From: Octopus vulgaris
Lineage: Eukaryota
Assembly (NCBI GenBank): GCA_951406725.2
Contig: OX597836.1
Span: 20,336,001-20,400,000, forward strand
Length of the DNA: 64,000 bases
Direction of reading: 5' to 3'
Shown here: positions 24,499 through 37,760 of the stretch, one piece after another
How the letters are laid out: every line of letters begins with the position of its first letter
Position numbering within the stretch: position 1 is the stretch's first letter
Translations under genes and position numbers: made by a program
Notes under the pieces: generated by a model
What the model saw: the letters and a program-made list of their open reading frames with translations, nothing else
What the model was told of the DNA's origin: nothing
Databases searched by the model: none

Positions 24499-26003
24499 GT
24501 GAGCAACAATGGTTGATGTTTAACCCTAGGCCAGCTCTGGCCACTATCCTCTTGTTGAAGCAATCTTAATGGCATTCCAGCCATAACCGTCCTGTCTTTC
24601 ATTCTCATTCAGACTAGCTGATATTCCTGCCCTGACCAACCCAACTTTTGATCGTTTATAAGGCGATTCCAGCCAGGCCCGCCTCATCTGTCAATTGTGA
24701 ACCTTGCACTTCATTAACTGATTTATGAGTGGATTTGGTAGACAGCAGCTGGCAGAAACTCCTCATATTCATATTTATATGCTGGCATTACATAATAGCA
24801 CCTGTGCCGGTGCATGTAAAAATCACCCATCACACTCTGTGAAGTGACTGGCATTAGGAAGGGCATCCAGCTGTAGAATCCAAGCCAAATCAGACTGGAA
24901 ACTGCTTGTCAGCTCCGGTCAAACCATCCGATCCATGCCAGCATAGAAAATGAACATTAAATGGTGATGATGATGATGTGTGTGTTTGTGTACACCCCTG
25001 TCTTCACATCATATGATAGTTGTGAATGAGCATCATCATTATACAAGTGATACTGTTTCCAACCATCTGTGGAAAATGCATCCAGCCATGTGTAAATATT
25101 GCCTTAGTTGGAAACATGTGAGGCTTGGTGACAGGAAGGGTATCTAGCCATAGGAAATCTACCTCAATAAATTCCATCCGACTCATGCAAGCATGGAAAA
25201 GTGGACATTAAATAATGATGGTGATGATGATGATAGTATTTCCTTCTTCATTGTTTAACCCTAAATCAGGTTTTATTGTACGAACAAACACATTCTAACC
25301 ATGACCTTCCACTCAGACATACTGTATCTAGGACTACATTATCCACTTAATCATTGTTATCTAACCTGATCAAACAGCAGGCCTAAGATCAAAAGGTTTT
25401 TGAACCATGTCCATCCGGCCCTTTTACATTTGGGGATATGCCAGTGCTGGTGCCGCATGAAAAGCACACCCAGTCCATGCTGTAAAGTGATTGATGTTAG
25501 GAAGGGCATCCAGCCATAAAAACCATGCCAAAACAGAGCCTAGCGCATTCTTTCGGCTTGCTGGTGTGGAAGACGTGTTAAATGATGATGATGTCTCTAT
25601 GGACCGGGTCCTTCTTTTTCTTAACCCTTTTATTAGCACATTCTTGTTGAAATGTACTACCTTTGTTTTAATAAATTTAGAAGATAATGAAGAATTTAGT
25701 AAAATAACTTTGTAACTATTAGCTTGTTTTGGATGTGAATTAATGTGAAAATTTGATGGGAAAAGGTTTTGATTTAGATCAGTTTAAAACAAGAAGTTTG
25801 TATCACAGAACCAGTCTGCTCTCCATCTGGAATGGGTTAAAATGGACAGCAGAGTGTGATCTATCCAATTTATAGTTGCATGAAAATAGACACAAGAATG
25901 GAACATTGATATAAGCAAAAAAAAGTTAACTGTTCGTTAATTAGGATTTGTTAAGATGTTTTGTTTATTTATTTTTATTTGTCTTTTTTGTCTTTTCATC
26001 AAG

Positions 26004-26126
26004 GTGTCCTCATCTTTATACGGGCAAGTTTTGTGAAAGGTGGCGATGCCGAAATTACTGCCTGAATGAAGGCAAGTGTGTCAACTGCCACGTAAACAAC
26101 ACTATCCCAATATGTGAGAGTTGCAG
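26004..26126 (+). CDS. LRP1: LRP1-like exon 18: EGF with extra cysteines
   Basis: aag|G...TGC AG|gtaaag; CPHLYTGKFCERWRCRNYCLNEGKCVNCHVNNTIPICESC. Confidence 0.9.
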
Positions 26127-26494
26127 GTAAAGTCTTTCAGTGTCTTTTCTAATTACAGGAAGAATATTCTTAAATCTGTTATTTTAACTGTTCTGTTTGT
26201 GAAAGCCCATGGCTTTGTGGTTAGAGTATTAAAGTCACATTCATATGGTGGCTGTTATTTCACTTCCTGGACCCAGCAGGACATGATGTTCTTGAACAAG
26301 ACACTTCATTTCTTGTTGCTCCAGTCCACTTGGCTAAAAATTAGCACCAGTCCGATGCTGATGTATCTATTTTTCCCTCTGGTTGTCCCATTCTTGATAT
26401 TTCATTGGGTCAAATGTTGGAGATTTGAGAGGCTTGACTGTGTCCACCCACAACTACACAAGAACCAATCAGTGATAGCAAGGTACAGGGTAAG

Positions 26495-26728
26495 GGCGGC
26501 GAGCTGGCAGAAACGTTAGCATGCCGGGCGAAATGCTTAGCGGTATTTCGTCTGCCATTACATTGGGAGTTCAAATTCCGCTGAGGTTGACTTTGCCTTT
26601 CATCCTTTCGGGGTCGATAAATTAAGTACCAGTTACACACTGGGGTCGATGTAATCGACTTAATACCTATGTCTGTCCTTGTTTGTCTCCTCTGTGTTTA
26701 GCCCCTTGTGGGTAATAAAGAAATAGGT
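26495..26728 (+). mobile_element. SINE family B
   Basis: GGCGGCGAGCTGGCAGAA head, GAGTTCAAATTCC B-box; TSD AGGTACAGGGTA. Confidence 0.9.
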
Positions 26729-27430
26729 ACAGGGTACACTCATTCTCACTTGCTAGTGATGGTTATGGGTTTTGTTAAGTTAGGTCAGTTGTGATAGCAG
26801 TTGTATCCGTTTTAAGTAATGTGTCTCAACCATTTTCTACTTGATTTATGTTCAAACTGGCCAAAATTTGGCTTCTCACATTTACTTTATAAAAGCGTTC
26901 TAAAGATAAACAGTCATTTAAATCTTGAGGATGCAAGTCACCGATGGTAAATTCAAAACTATGGAAATAAATAAGCATGACATTTGACAGAATAATCTGA
27001 ATGCTCAAGGATTAAACCAGCCACGGCACACCCAAATATTTTACCTGTTTTGTTTAAACTGACTAGACATGGTTTATAATACCTACCTTACAATGTCATT
27101 CTAAAAATAAACAATCTCATCGTCAAAATCTCAAAGCTACAAGGTAATGCATAATTAATTGAAAACAATGTTAATAAATAGCATTATATTTGGCAGTAAT
27201 CTGAATACTAAAAGGTTAAACTGACAGATATTAAGCTAACAGCTATATGTGTTATAAGTAATGTATTCTTAAGATAACATTTTACAGCTGTTATGTTAAA
27301 AGTTATTCCCGATATGTGCCTCAATGTTATTAGTTCCCTGTAAAATTAATTATATTTCTTCAAACAAAGTAATGAAGTGGTGGAAAGATTGACACAAAAC
27401 ACTTATAAAAAAGTTAAGTTAATTTTTTGG

Positions 27431-27775
27431 TTCAAAAAGCAAAAAGCAAGGCCATGTAGGGGGGCATGGAGTTATGTACAGGGTGGTGTTCATGCAAAGA
27501 GTTCAGGCCATTTCTGGTCAAGAGAGACTTTGAACCGAGCGGTCGTCGGCATCTTCACTATCTCGTCCGGCAGCTTATTCCACGGATCCGCAACCTGGAC
27601 GGAGAATGCCCTTCTCCTTCAATTGAGATGAAATCGTCGCAGATAGAGCTTTTCGGAGTGACCCCCGCAGCCGACGCTCTGGAGCAGGAGTGAAGAACAG
27701 CTCTTTCGAGAGGTTACACTTTCCGCTTATGATGTTGTGAGCAAGAATGAGATCACCACGGCGGCGGCGTTTTTT
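27431..27775 (-). mobile_element. 3' fragment of a CR1/L2-group LINE
   Basis: RRRRGDLILAHNIISG...RLRG(H)...FSVQVADPWNKLPDEIV...FKVSLDQ is a typical CR1-like ORF2 C-terminus; frameshifted; short repeat tail. Confidence 0.8.
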
Positions 27776-28000
27776 CTTTACCTTGTGGTATTTAATTGCT
27801 TCCTTTCTTTGTATGTTCAGTTTGGTAAAATAAGTACCCATAATGCTCTGTTGCTAATTCTCTCACCTTAATTACAAATATTTGTAGTTTTGTGCAGGAA
27901 ATTACCTATCCCTCCCACTGTTGATATTAATAGCACCTTCTTATTTACTCTGTCAGTATCTTCTAAGTTATACCTAACGAACCCTTGCTTTCTTTTACAG

Positions 28001-28068
28001 TTGTGGTGATGACTTCTCAGGTCATCGCTGTCAAAAACAAAGTATTAAACAGCCCTATACTTCTAACT
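28001..28068 (+). CDS. LRP1: LRP1-like exon 19: end of last EGF and juxtamembrane stalk
   Basis: cag|T...AAC T|gtaagt; CGDDFSGHRCQKQSIKQPYTSN; phase 2-1. Confidence 0.9.
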
Positions 28069-28428
28069 GTAAGTATTCCCTTCCACTTGTCAACCTTGTC
28101 TATATTTATTATGTCAGTTCTGAGTTCACACTTTACGCTGCATTAAATTGATAGATTTATATATAGGTACACACTTGTGGGTGTATGTTAAAAATTTCTG
28201 GTGTTGACTTGGTAGATTTGTTAGAGCATTGGACAGAAAACCTCCAAATAGCTGTTCCAATTCTTTACTCTTTGATTTCAAATCTCACTGGGGTTAAATT
28301 TGCACTCTGCATTTCATCCTTTTGGGATTGACAAAGTTAAGAACCGGTCAAATACTGAAGTCAGCAGTACCAACTAACTCCTCCTTTCAAATTTCAGGCT
28401 TTCTACTTCTGTTACTAACAATAATTCT

Positions 28429-28840
28429 GGATCTTTTCAGTTTGAATGGCAGTTTTTTTCTAGCGGTGTCATATGAAATTGTCACCCATAATTATGACCC
28501 TAGTATCGATCTATTGCATTTCAATCTGTTTTAGGGTTAGGGGTGGGGAGAAGGTATCTTTTTTTTCTCCACAAATGTAAATAAACCCAATCTGTTTCTT
28601 AAACGAGGGACATATTCATACGGCACAGAATGCTTTTTTTTACCTCAATGGACGTCATTGATTGGTTGAAATTGCAGAAATTGAAGAAAAAACAACAAAT
28701 ATCTTACAAACTATAGAGTTTTCTCAATAAAGCCAAGAGAAAAAGATGTTTTATAAACACATTCTGCAAGTATACGAAGTTTAAAATTTTTTTAGTTACC
28801 TAAATTATGTTAAAAACTGCCGTTCAAACCGAAAAGATCC
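28429..28840. mobile_element. MITE with about 29-bp TIRs and 8-bp TSD (Merlin- or hAT-type)
   Basis: ATAATTCT|GGATCTTTTCAGTTTGAATGGCAGTTTTT...AAAAACTGCCGTTCAAACCGAAAAGATCC|ATAATTCT; partial copy at 30105-30232. Confidence 0.88.
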
Positions 28841-28905
28841 ATAATTCTTCCTCAGTCTGAATATCATATCTTAAAATGTTTTTGTTTTTCTCCTCTGTTT
28901 TCCAG

Positions 28906-28999
28906 TTAAAACCATTTCTATCATCATCATACCGCTATGTATATTGTTAATTGTTCTGATTGGTTTGATAATATTCTTCTTCAATCGACGACGAGCCAC
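28906..28999 (+). CDS. LRP1: LRP1-like exon 20: transmembrane helix
   Basis: ccag|TT...GCC AC|gtaagt; KTISIIIIPLCILLIVLIGLIIFFFNRRRA: hydrophobic stretch followed by an RRR stop-transfer motif. Confidence 0.93.
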
Positions 29000-29104
29000 G
29001 TAAGTAAAACGTTCCATTCTATTCCATTATTATCAATCACAGAATCAGTAGAGCATCGGCAGACAAAATGTCTTACAGTATTTCTTCCAGATCAAGTTCT
29101 GAGT

Positions 29105-29333
29105 TTAACCCTTTAGTGTTTGCATTATTCTGCCAAAATGAATGTTTTTTCATCCACATTGCCTTGAACTAATCAGGCATTATCTTGTAGCTATGAGATT
29201 TTGATGAGGTAGCTGTTAATTTTTAAAACGATATTGTAGGGCTGGTGTGAGAGACCAGATCTGGCCAGTTTGAGCATAAAACAGGCAGAATACTTTTGGC
29301 CGGATATGGCCGGTTTAAATGCTAAAGGGTTAA
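29105..29333. mobile_element. piggyBac-like MITE, family 1
   Basis: TTAA-CCCTTTAG...CTAAAGGG-TTAA, 229 bp, inserted in a SINE remnant. Confidence 0.85.
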
Positions 29334-30309
29334 ACCCCTGTCAAGGTCAACTTTGCCTTTTATCCTTCCAGGGCTGATGAAATAAAATGCCAGTCAAATA
29401 CTAGTAGCAGGGAGGGGATGAAGGTGACAAAACTCCCCCCCTACCTCACCTTCCTTAAATTTCCTGGTCTTGTACCTTATTTAGAACCAGTACCCAACAA
29501 TTGTTTTTTTTTTGTATTTATGTTGTTTCACTCTCAGAAATTATGGTGAAACATTGATCCTTTCATGATTATATTTCTAAAGATATAAATTTACTGTTTG
29601 TTATTTTGTATGAATTTTGAAAATAATTTAAGAATTCTACTGGGATTTTTGATCAAATAATTAACTTTGTCATTGCAAAGCTGATGTTTGGGACATAACT
29701 AAACAAAAGGTTCTTCTTACATAAATTAATGAAACTAAGTTTTATATTTAACCTTTTCATTACCACATTATGTTGGAAGACAATGCTTTTGTCTCAATTG
29801 TTTTTCTTTATTTAAATAATAAAGAATTTAGTAAAATAACGTATTAAAGTTAGTGTTTGGAACAGAGCTAATCAAAAAGTTCTTACATTTAAATCATCAT
29901 ATAAACTTTTAATCGAAATATAAACATTTTATTTAAAACTGGTGGTTTTGTAATAATTTTTGAATAATTAAGAAAAGAGAGGTAGTAAGTTGAATTCTCT
30001 CTCTTCTGGATACAACACAAATGATATAGGTAACATGGGCCCTCACTTAACACTTACAAAAAATCCTTGTAATTTGAGAAAAGATTAGCTACTTTCAGCA
30101 CTAGACCTCAATGGACGTCATTGATTGGTTGAAATTGAAGAAAAAAAAAACTATAAATATCTTACAAACTATAGAATTTTCTCAATAAAGCCAAGAGAAA
30201 AAGATGTTTTATAAACACATTCTACCAGTATCTGATGAAAAAAAGCAAGTGAAAAGACTTGTTTCTTATATGTTGTTTTCACTCAAGTAACATTAATCTC
30301 TCTTTACAG

Positions 30310-30424
30310 GTCACAACAGTTCAAACATATACGCATCCAAGAAAATGCTAATGAGATTAGCAATCCTCTCTATATTCCGGAGACAGACGAACAGGAACTT
30401 CACGAACCCACCGACGCTCACCAG
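30310..30424 (+). CDS. LRP1: LRP1-like exon 21: cytoplasmic tail with NPxY
   Basis: cag|G...CAG|gtttgg; SQQFKHIRIQENANEISNPLYIPETDEQELHEPTDAHQ resembles the LRP1 motif FQHQRM...EIGNPTY. Confidence 0.9.
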
Positions 30425-30537
30425 GTTTGGCTATTGGCTTTCTTGTGTGTGTGTGTGATAGAGAGAGAGATGCCATTTTTATATATGTATCTCTATCCAG
30501 ACTTCAATGACGCTACTACGCTGGCTAAGAGAACAGG

Positions 30538-30568
<31 letters not shown>

Positions 30569-31521
30569 CAACCCATGCTAGCATGGAAAATGATGATGAT
30601 GTTATATATATATATATATATTGTATTCTTATTTTATTTATCAAAGAAGGATATATATTTTTATTCAGTTAATGTCATCAAATAGTCAGTTGTAATTGAT
30701 TAATTATAAAACTGGTGATTTCCCCCTGTGGACCCAATAAGATGTGTGTGTGTGTGTGTAATTTAATAAATGCAGGTTTAAATGTAAGCTACTTTCAGTT
30801 TCATATTTTCACATTGCATTGATCAGACAAGCTTGCAAGGCTTGCTGTGTACTATCCTGCCATATACATTTAGCACATTGGTGGGTATTTTTTACTTCCT
30901 GAGGCAGGGAATGTCAGTAAACATGTAATCAATTGTTCTTTTATACAACACATGTGCTTGTGTGTGTATATGTATGTTGTTATATGTGTATATAAATAGG
31001 TGTTGTGGTAGTTGTTTATTTGCCTCCAAATCAGACCTGATGAAAATTATTCCCATCCAACTGTGGCCATCTCATGTATAAGCACACTATACATGCCTTA
31101 TTTCAAGAAAGTGTTGGGAATGATTTGGAGAAGTTTTGGCTGTTGTTTCTAGCAGTGTGAATGACCATATTAAAATTCTCTTGCTGACTTTGTGTGTGTT
31201 TTTATCAGACCAGCAAGGCCTTTTTTTCTCTCCTTCCCCTCCTCTAGTCTTTAGCTCTCTAGGTAGATTATGGAACTTAACATTTTAACTATCAAAATAA
31301 TAATTGGTAGAGCATTGGACAAATTACCTTACAACATTTGATTCTGTCCTTTTATGTTCTCCATTCAATTCCAACCCAACTCCATTCACTTTCATTGCTG
31401 CCCTTCTGATATCAATAAAATTTGTACAGCAGCTTCGGTGGCCTAGTAGGTAAGGTGCTAGAAGTAGTGGCATAATAGAGGTTGAGGTTTCAAACCTCTG
31501 CCAGGAAATCAAAAGTTTTGT

Positions 31522-31927
31522 AGACGTAGGAGTGGCTGTGTGGTAAGTAGCTTGCTTACCAACCACATGGTCCTGGGTTCAGTCCCACTGCGTGGCACCT
31601 TGGGCAAGTGTCTTCTACTATAGCCTCGGGCCGACCAAAGCCTTGTGAGTGGATTTGGTAGACGGAAACTGAAAGAAGTCCATCGTATATATGTATATAT
31701 ATATATGTTTGTGTGTCTGTGTTTGTCCTCCCAACATCGCTTGACAACCGATGCTGGTGTGTTTACGTCCCCGTCACTTAGCGGTTCGGCAAAAGAGACC
31801 GATAAAATAAGTACTAGGCTTCCAAAGGATAAGTCCTGGGGTTGATTTGCTCGACTAAAGGCGGTGCTCCAGCATGGCCACAGTCAAATGACTGAAACAA
31901 GTAAAAAGAGTAAAAAAAAAAAAGAGT
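31522..31927 (+). mobile_element. SINE family A
   Basis: Full-length copy. Confidence 0.9.
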
Positions 31928-34900
31928 AGTGATCAAGGTAACTAACTATAACCTAGAAGGGATTGTCCCAGCATGGCCACACACAGTTACTGACTGAAAC
32001 TAGTAAAATATAAAAGAATTATTAAATGGTTCTCTAATCCCACTTTTTTTTTTTCTTTTTTCCTTTTGATGTTTTCCTATAAAGTAGGAATAATAATAAT
32101 AATAATAATAATTCATTTTGTGCAACCCCTGCCCACTGCACATCCTTTATGGCTGTCTTCCACCTGTTTTTCACCTACATTAACTGCCGCTGTACGTACA
32201 CCTGTACAATGTTTGGTCTAATTGATTCTATTTCCAGATGTTTAACCAACACCGAAGATAGTCAGGCTTCCAGGTAAACTCTTCCGAGCCCCGCCATCAC
32301 CATCATTATCACCACCACCACCACCCTACTCCCTCCAACTTTATTAGAGAGTATGCAATGATTGTTAGATGTAACAAACACCACCACCACCACCTCATTG
32401 TAAACTCAAAAATCTACCCCTTTTCTCTCCATTACCCCATCTGTCTCTGTCACTTCACTTCTCTCTCTCCCTCTTTCTCTCTCTCTTTTTGCTTTTGAAA
32501 AAGTAAAATATTTGTTGTCCTTGAAAACTCTTCTACACTTTTGCATGTTTCTGGCTGTTTACTTACAAATGACATTCTTTGTTCTTGGATGTATGTATGT
32601 ATGTCCTTATGTATTTATGTATCCGTCCAACCCATGCTAGCATGGAAAACGGACACTAAACGATGATGATGATGCTGATGTATGTATGTGAAAGAGTGGC
32701 AGTGGCTATGTAACTTCTGAGACTCTCTAAGATGGTAAGATGGTGTATGTGTGTGTGTGTGTAATAAAAGATTGTCTTATGAATTTATAAGATGCAGTGG
32801 ACTCATAGTTGAGTGCCTGAGTAACACCTTACAGCTTCATCAGAACCTGAAAAGAGATGGTGCTCAATACATAGAGTTAATTATAAAGATTGGCAGAGTC
32901 GTTAAATTGTCTTACAAAATATCTTGTATTTCTTTGTGCTCTTTATATTCTGGTTTCAAATCCTGTTGAGATCAACTTTGCCTTTCATCCTTCCATGGTC
33001 AATAAACTAAAGTGCCAGTCAAGTACTGGGGTCAGTGCTATCAAGTCACCCACTCTCCTAGATTTCAGACCCTTGTTCCTAAACTGTTGAAAATCCATTT
33101 CTTCTGCTCTCTTTGTGTGTATGTGTGTGTGACAGTAAGGGTGTCTGGCTGTAAAATAATATCCTGATAATATGTATTCCTCTAACTCATGCTAACATGG
33201 AAAAACAGATGTAAAATAATTGTATTTACATCTAATTTTCAAACAACTTACTTGTGGAAATACTGTCAACTGAAAACTCTACTTACCAGTGGCCATTTAT
33301 GGGAGGTACACTGCTACCCCACCCCAACTCACTGATGTGAGGCTCCACCTACTGGATTGACTGGCTGGTATTTGATTTTTAAGTCCATTTTGGGATCATC
33401 ACTATCATTCAAATTTGTGGAGTCGTGCAGGTCTGACTTGCCATACAAGCAAACAAATACTGCCATTACACTCACACATAACCTCTCCATCCATCATCTC
33501 TTTTCGGCCATTCCCAGTGGTTGTGTCTCTCAAATGTTGACTGGATTTCTTTTGAGATGTGTGCTTTGTGTGTGTATGCGAGTGTGTTTGTAAAAACAAG
33601 TCACCTCAGTTATAGTTCTTTAGTTAGGTAAATTCTTCAAACATAGCAATGCTTAAATTTAAAAGGCTTACACCACCAACACTTGCTACTGCCAGGAATG
33701 CCCCCTCTCCACCTCTACTGCACTCTCACACACACACACACATACACAGTTCTGCCAAAACTAAAGTAGTTTTTTTTTTTTTGTATACTTCTGCTAAGCT
33801 AAAAATCAATCACATAGGCTGTAGACTTCCTTTAAAAGTAAAAAAAAATTTGAGAGCCCAATTATGTCCTCTTCACCTGCACTGTTATTTTCCAAGTAGG
33901 CTGCTTATATGATTCCAAAAACTGTCTAGTAGTATTATTAGCAGTAGTAGTGTTAGTAGGTGTTGTTATTATTGTTGTTACAAGTTTCATTTTTTTCTTC
34001 TTTTTTTTTTTCTCTTTTTTTTTTCTTCTTCGTTGAACGTGGTGCAGCACCTGGTCTTGCCAGTTCCTGTCACGCCATCCAACCCATGCCAGCATGGAAA
34101 ACGGATAGTAAATGTTGATGATGACAATGATGATGATTCTGTTTGGTTAATTAGTTAATTGGTAAATATTCAGGATTTAAAAACTGAACTCCTGCTTTCA
34201 ATCCTCCCTTAGAACGGTTTTATTAACCACATAAATCATTTAATAATCATTCAGCCATCAACTGCTGTATTAATAAAATTGTTTTAGCCATCAATGTCTC
34301 ATCTTCACAAATCCATCCTCTCTCTCTGATCATTATGCTACATTTAGAGACACCTCATGCTTAATTCAGAAATATGTATTTCATCCTTAAGTAATATGTT
34401 TAATTACAGTTGTTGATGTTTTTCTCTTTTTTTTTTTTTTTTAACAAATAAACTTGATTTAACATTTAGCACATTGCATTTTCACTAGAATTGTTTCCCC
34501 GGCCACTGCCGTGTTACTACAGGGGAGAAAACTTAGACAGTGATGTAATGCATGTACAGTGTGCTAAAGGTTAAAGAAACTAGAGACTTTGTTAGAAAAC
34601 TGAAGTTGAATTCAAGACAAAAATAATTGATATATGACTGTTTTAGATTGTAGTGTGTATATGAGTGCACTATACACACACATGCACACAGGTGTGGATC
34701 CCAATCATTTGGGTTCAATCCTACTGCATGGCACCTTGGACTTTAGCTCTGGGCTACCTAAAAGCCCTTGTGGGTAGATTTGGCAGGTAGAAACTGAAAG
34801 AAGCCCATTATGTATGTTTCTTTACATTTGCCTTCTCGGAAAATCAGGGTTTTACTGTCATCACCCTGTCAAAGACACGTGAAACAGGAGGGACATCCAC

Positions 34901-35832
34901 CTGTAAAACAATATATATCTAACCCATGCTCGTATGGAAAAAACAGATATAAAAATGAACATGTGAGTATGAATAGATATCTGTACCGTGATTTCTTGGT
35001 GATCTGTCTTTTGTTTACCCAACTAACGAAAAAGTCAGCTGTAATATTACTATTCATGCACAGCATATTATTGGTTATTGTAATATAGACATCATACTAT
35101 CTAACCTATTATGTTACCAAAAAAATATAACAACCATATATATATATATGATATTTACCACATAAACTGTGATGGAAATATGAGAAAGATATAGTATATA
35201 ATTTTTCTTGTGCTGGGGCTCCTTGAGACATGTAGTTCATTTTAAGGGTTACACAAAGGTAAAACAGTTGAGAAACACTGCTCTACATGATCTATATGTA
35301 GTCTTCAGGGCTGTGGAAAACTTGTCTATTTTCTAGACAATGTTTCTTGTTTGTCTATATGTATGTACGTTTATTTATCTGTGGAATGTTAAGGTCTATA
35401 CATACACCAAGATATCTCTATGTTCTACGAAAGCAAGCAAATAACTTTTATGCGGATGCTCTGATATTTAACACTGGTCAATCATGACACCCTCTATCCC
35501 TCTCTTTCTCTCTCTCTCTCTTATCTTTAATGCAAGTTATAAGACATTCTTAGAGATAACCTTCAATATCTTTGGCAAGTCTTTCTCATACTCACATTCC
35601 TTGTTTGTTCCTTGTTTCCATTCTCTGCTGCCAAGCTCTTGTCTCATAATCTCAGATTCTCACTTCAGTCTCATTTTTCAGCATGTCATCTCTCTCCTAT
35701 CCATTCCCCCATCAATCTTGACTGCTACTCGTATTAGCCACCATCACCTCATTTCTTTCATCTACCATCTGGCCCCTTTCATCTGTAATGAAAATTAACA
35801 ATTACCTATTATTATCTTTCCCTCCCTCTCTT

Positions 35833-35865
<33 letters not shown>

Positions 35866-35900
35866 GTGTATATATATGTATATACTTAAATCAATAAAAT

Positions 35901-36025
35901 CATCATTTAGCGTCCGCTTTCCATGCTAGCATGGGTTGGACGGTTCAACTGGGGTCTGTGAAGCTGGAAGGCCCCAGTTGAACCGTCCAACTCATGCTAG
36001 CATGGAAAGCGGATGATAAATGATG
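35901..36025. repeat. Hairpin of two RTE tails
   Basis: Arms about 50 bp, loop about 17 nt (TCTGTGAAGCTGGAAGG). Confidence 0.9.
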
Positions 36026-36050
36026 TATTTTATTGTGTATTATGTGTATG

Positions 36051-36079
<29 letters not shown>

Positions 36080-36081
<2 letters not shown>

Positions 36082-36340
36082 TTTTTTTTATATATATATA
36101 TATATATGTGTATGTATATATATATATAATATATGTGTATGTATATATATATATATATATAATATATGTGTATGTATATATATATATATATATATATGTG
36201 TATGTATATATATATATATATATAATATATATATATATAATATGTGTATGTATATATATATATATATATAATATATGTGTATGCATATATATATATATAT
36301 ATATTGTGTATATATATATATATATATATATATGTGTATG

Positions 36341-36373
<33 letters not shown>

Positions 36374-36392
36374 ATATATATGTATATATATC
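36080..36392. repeat. (TA)n / TATGTGTATG compound microsatellite
   Basis: Direct inspection. Confidence 0.95.
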
Positions 36393-37713
36393 CCTGTCTT
36401 CTTTCTATATCTTCCTCTGTACAAAATGTCACAGTTCTAAAACTCACTAACTCCAAACCTCATATTTGTTATATTACAAAACCCAGTGGAAAAAAAATAA
36501 TTATATAAACTTTGTTTGCATAATTATTGTAACTAACTGCATTTGTAATCATTAAACCTTGTCTTAAATCTGGTAAGTAAAGTGTGTGTGTGGAGGGGGT
36601 TACTTTGACATTTCTATTTTCTGTATTTTCTTTACAGCTGCAGAATCCACCATTTTATCTGTTGGATTTTTTTTTATTTACAAATTGATATGTAGACACA
36701 CGTGTGTGTTTGTGCGTATGAAGTATGTTGTGTTGACCATACACACATATACACAGAACTACACGGTTTTGTGTGCCTGTGTGTATTGTGTGTGCATGTA
36801 CATTTATCTACACATGTTTGTATAAATGTATATTTGTATTGTATGTGTATATATATATTTATGCATAGTCATTACAGATATAGGGTGAAATATAATTAAT
36901 TTAATAAAATCAATAAATTTCACCTAGTAGTATTTCGGTATGGAAAAGGACCATATTCGGTAAAAATTTTTATAATCGTTCTATCAGCTCTATCAGAATT
37001 GAAAACAGAGGGAAGTGACTTCTTACTTGCTGCTTAAAAATGCACTATAAATATTCACGATAATCGAGATCCAGTGATATTTTGGGTTAGTACAGGTGGT
37101 CTACTTAATGCTGACATCTTTGTACTAATTATTGAATCTGCACATTATCTTCGTGAAAGTTTGTTCTACCAGTGAGCTAAGTAACTCGCATCTGAATTCA
37201 CTGAGAAGGCACCTGCTGTGACTATAGTCAAACAAATGCACTATTCTATCCATCCCCATCATCTGCATACACAAATAATGAAACAAGTCTAACATCACCA
37301 CACATTGTTCCCCACCAAATACACACAGAAATGTTCACATACCCCAATCAACCTTTTCATTGGTGAAAATTGGAGGAACAACCTTCGGTTATACATTTGT
37401 TGCTTCCAACATTAATGCTATATCACCTAAGGAAATGAATACATGAACTATGGCCCACCCAATGTCCACGGCTATAAGAAATGTGTGATTTGTGGAAATG
37501 TGCAGAGCGATGCATTAAATTATTTATAAATTCCATCCATGGATTATTATTATTATTACTATATTTATCCTACATTATATCGGCACAGCTCAATACAACC
37601 CTGTAAAACTGAAACTGAATGTTGATATCATTAGGCTGTAGCTGACATGATAAAATAGCTTTTGTATGCCTACAAAAAAACATTTTCCATAAACACACAA
37701 ATGTGTATGTTTA

Positions 37714-37760
<47 letters not shown>

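Noticed and set aside
35945-36508. Several overlapping Tyr/Ile-rich ORFs of up to 159 aa
   Set aside because: Translations of (TA)n microsatellite, not genes
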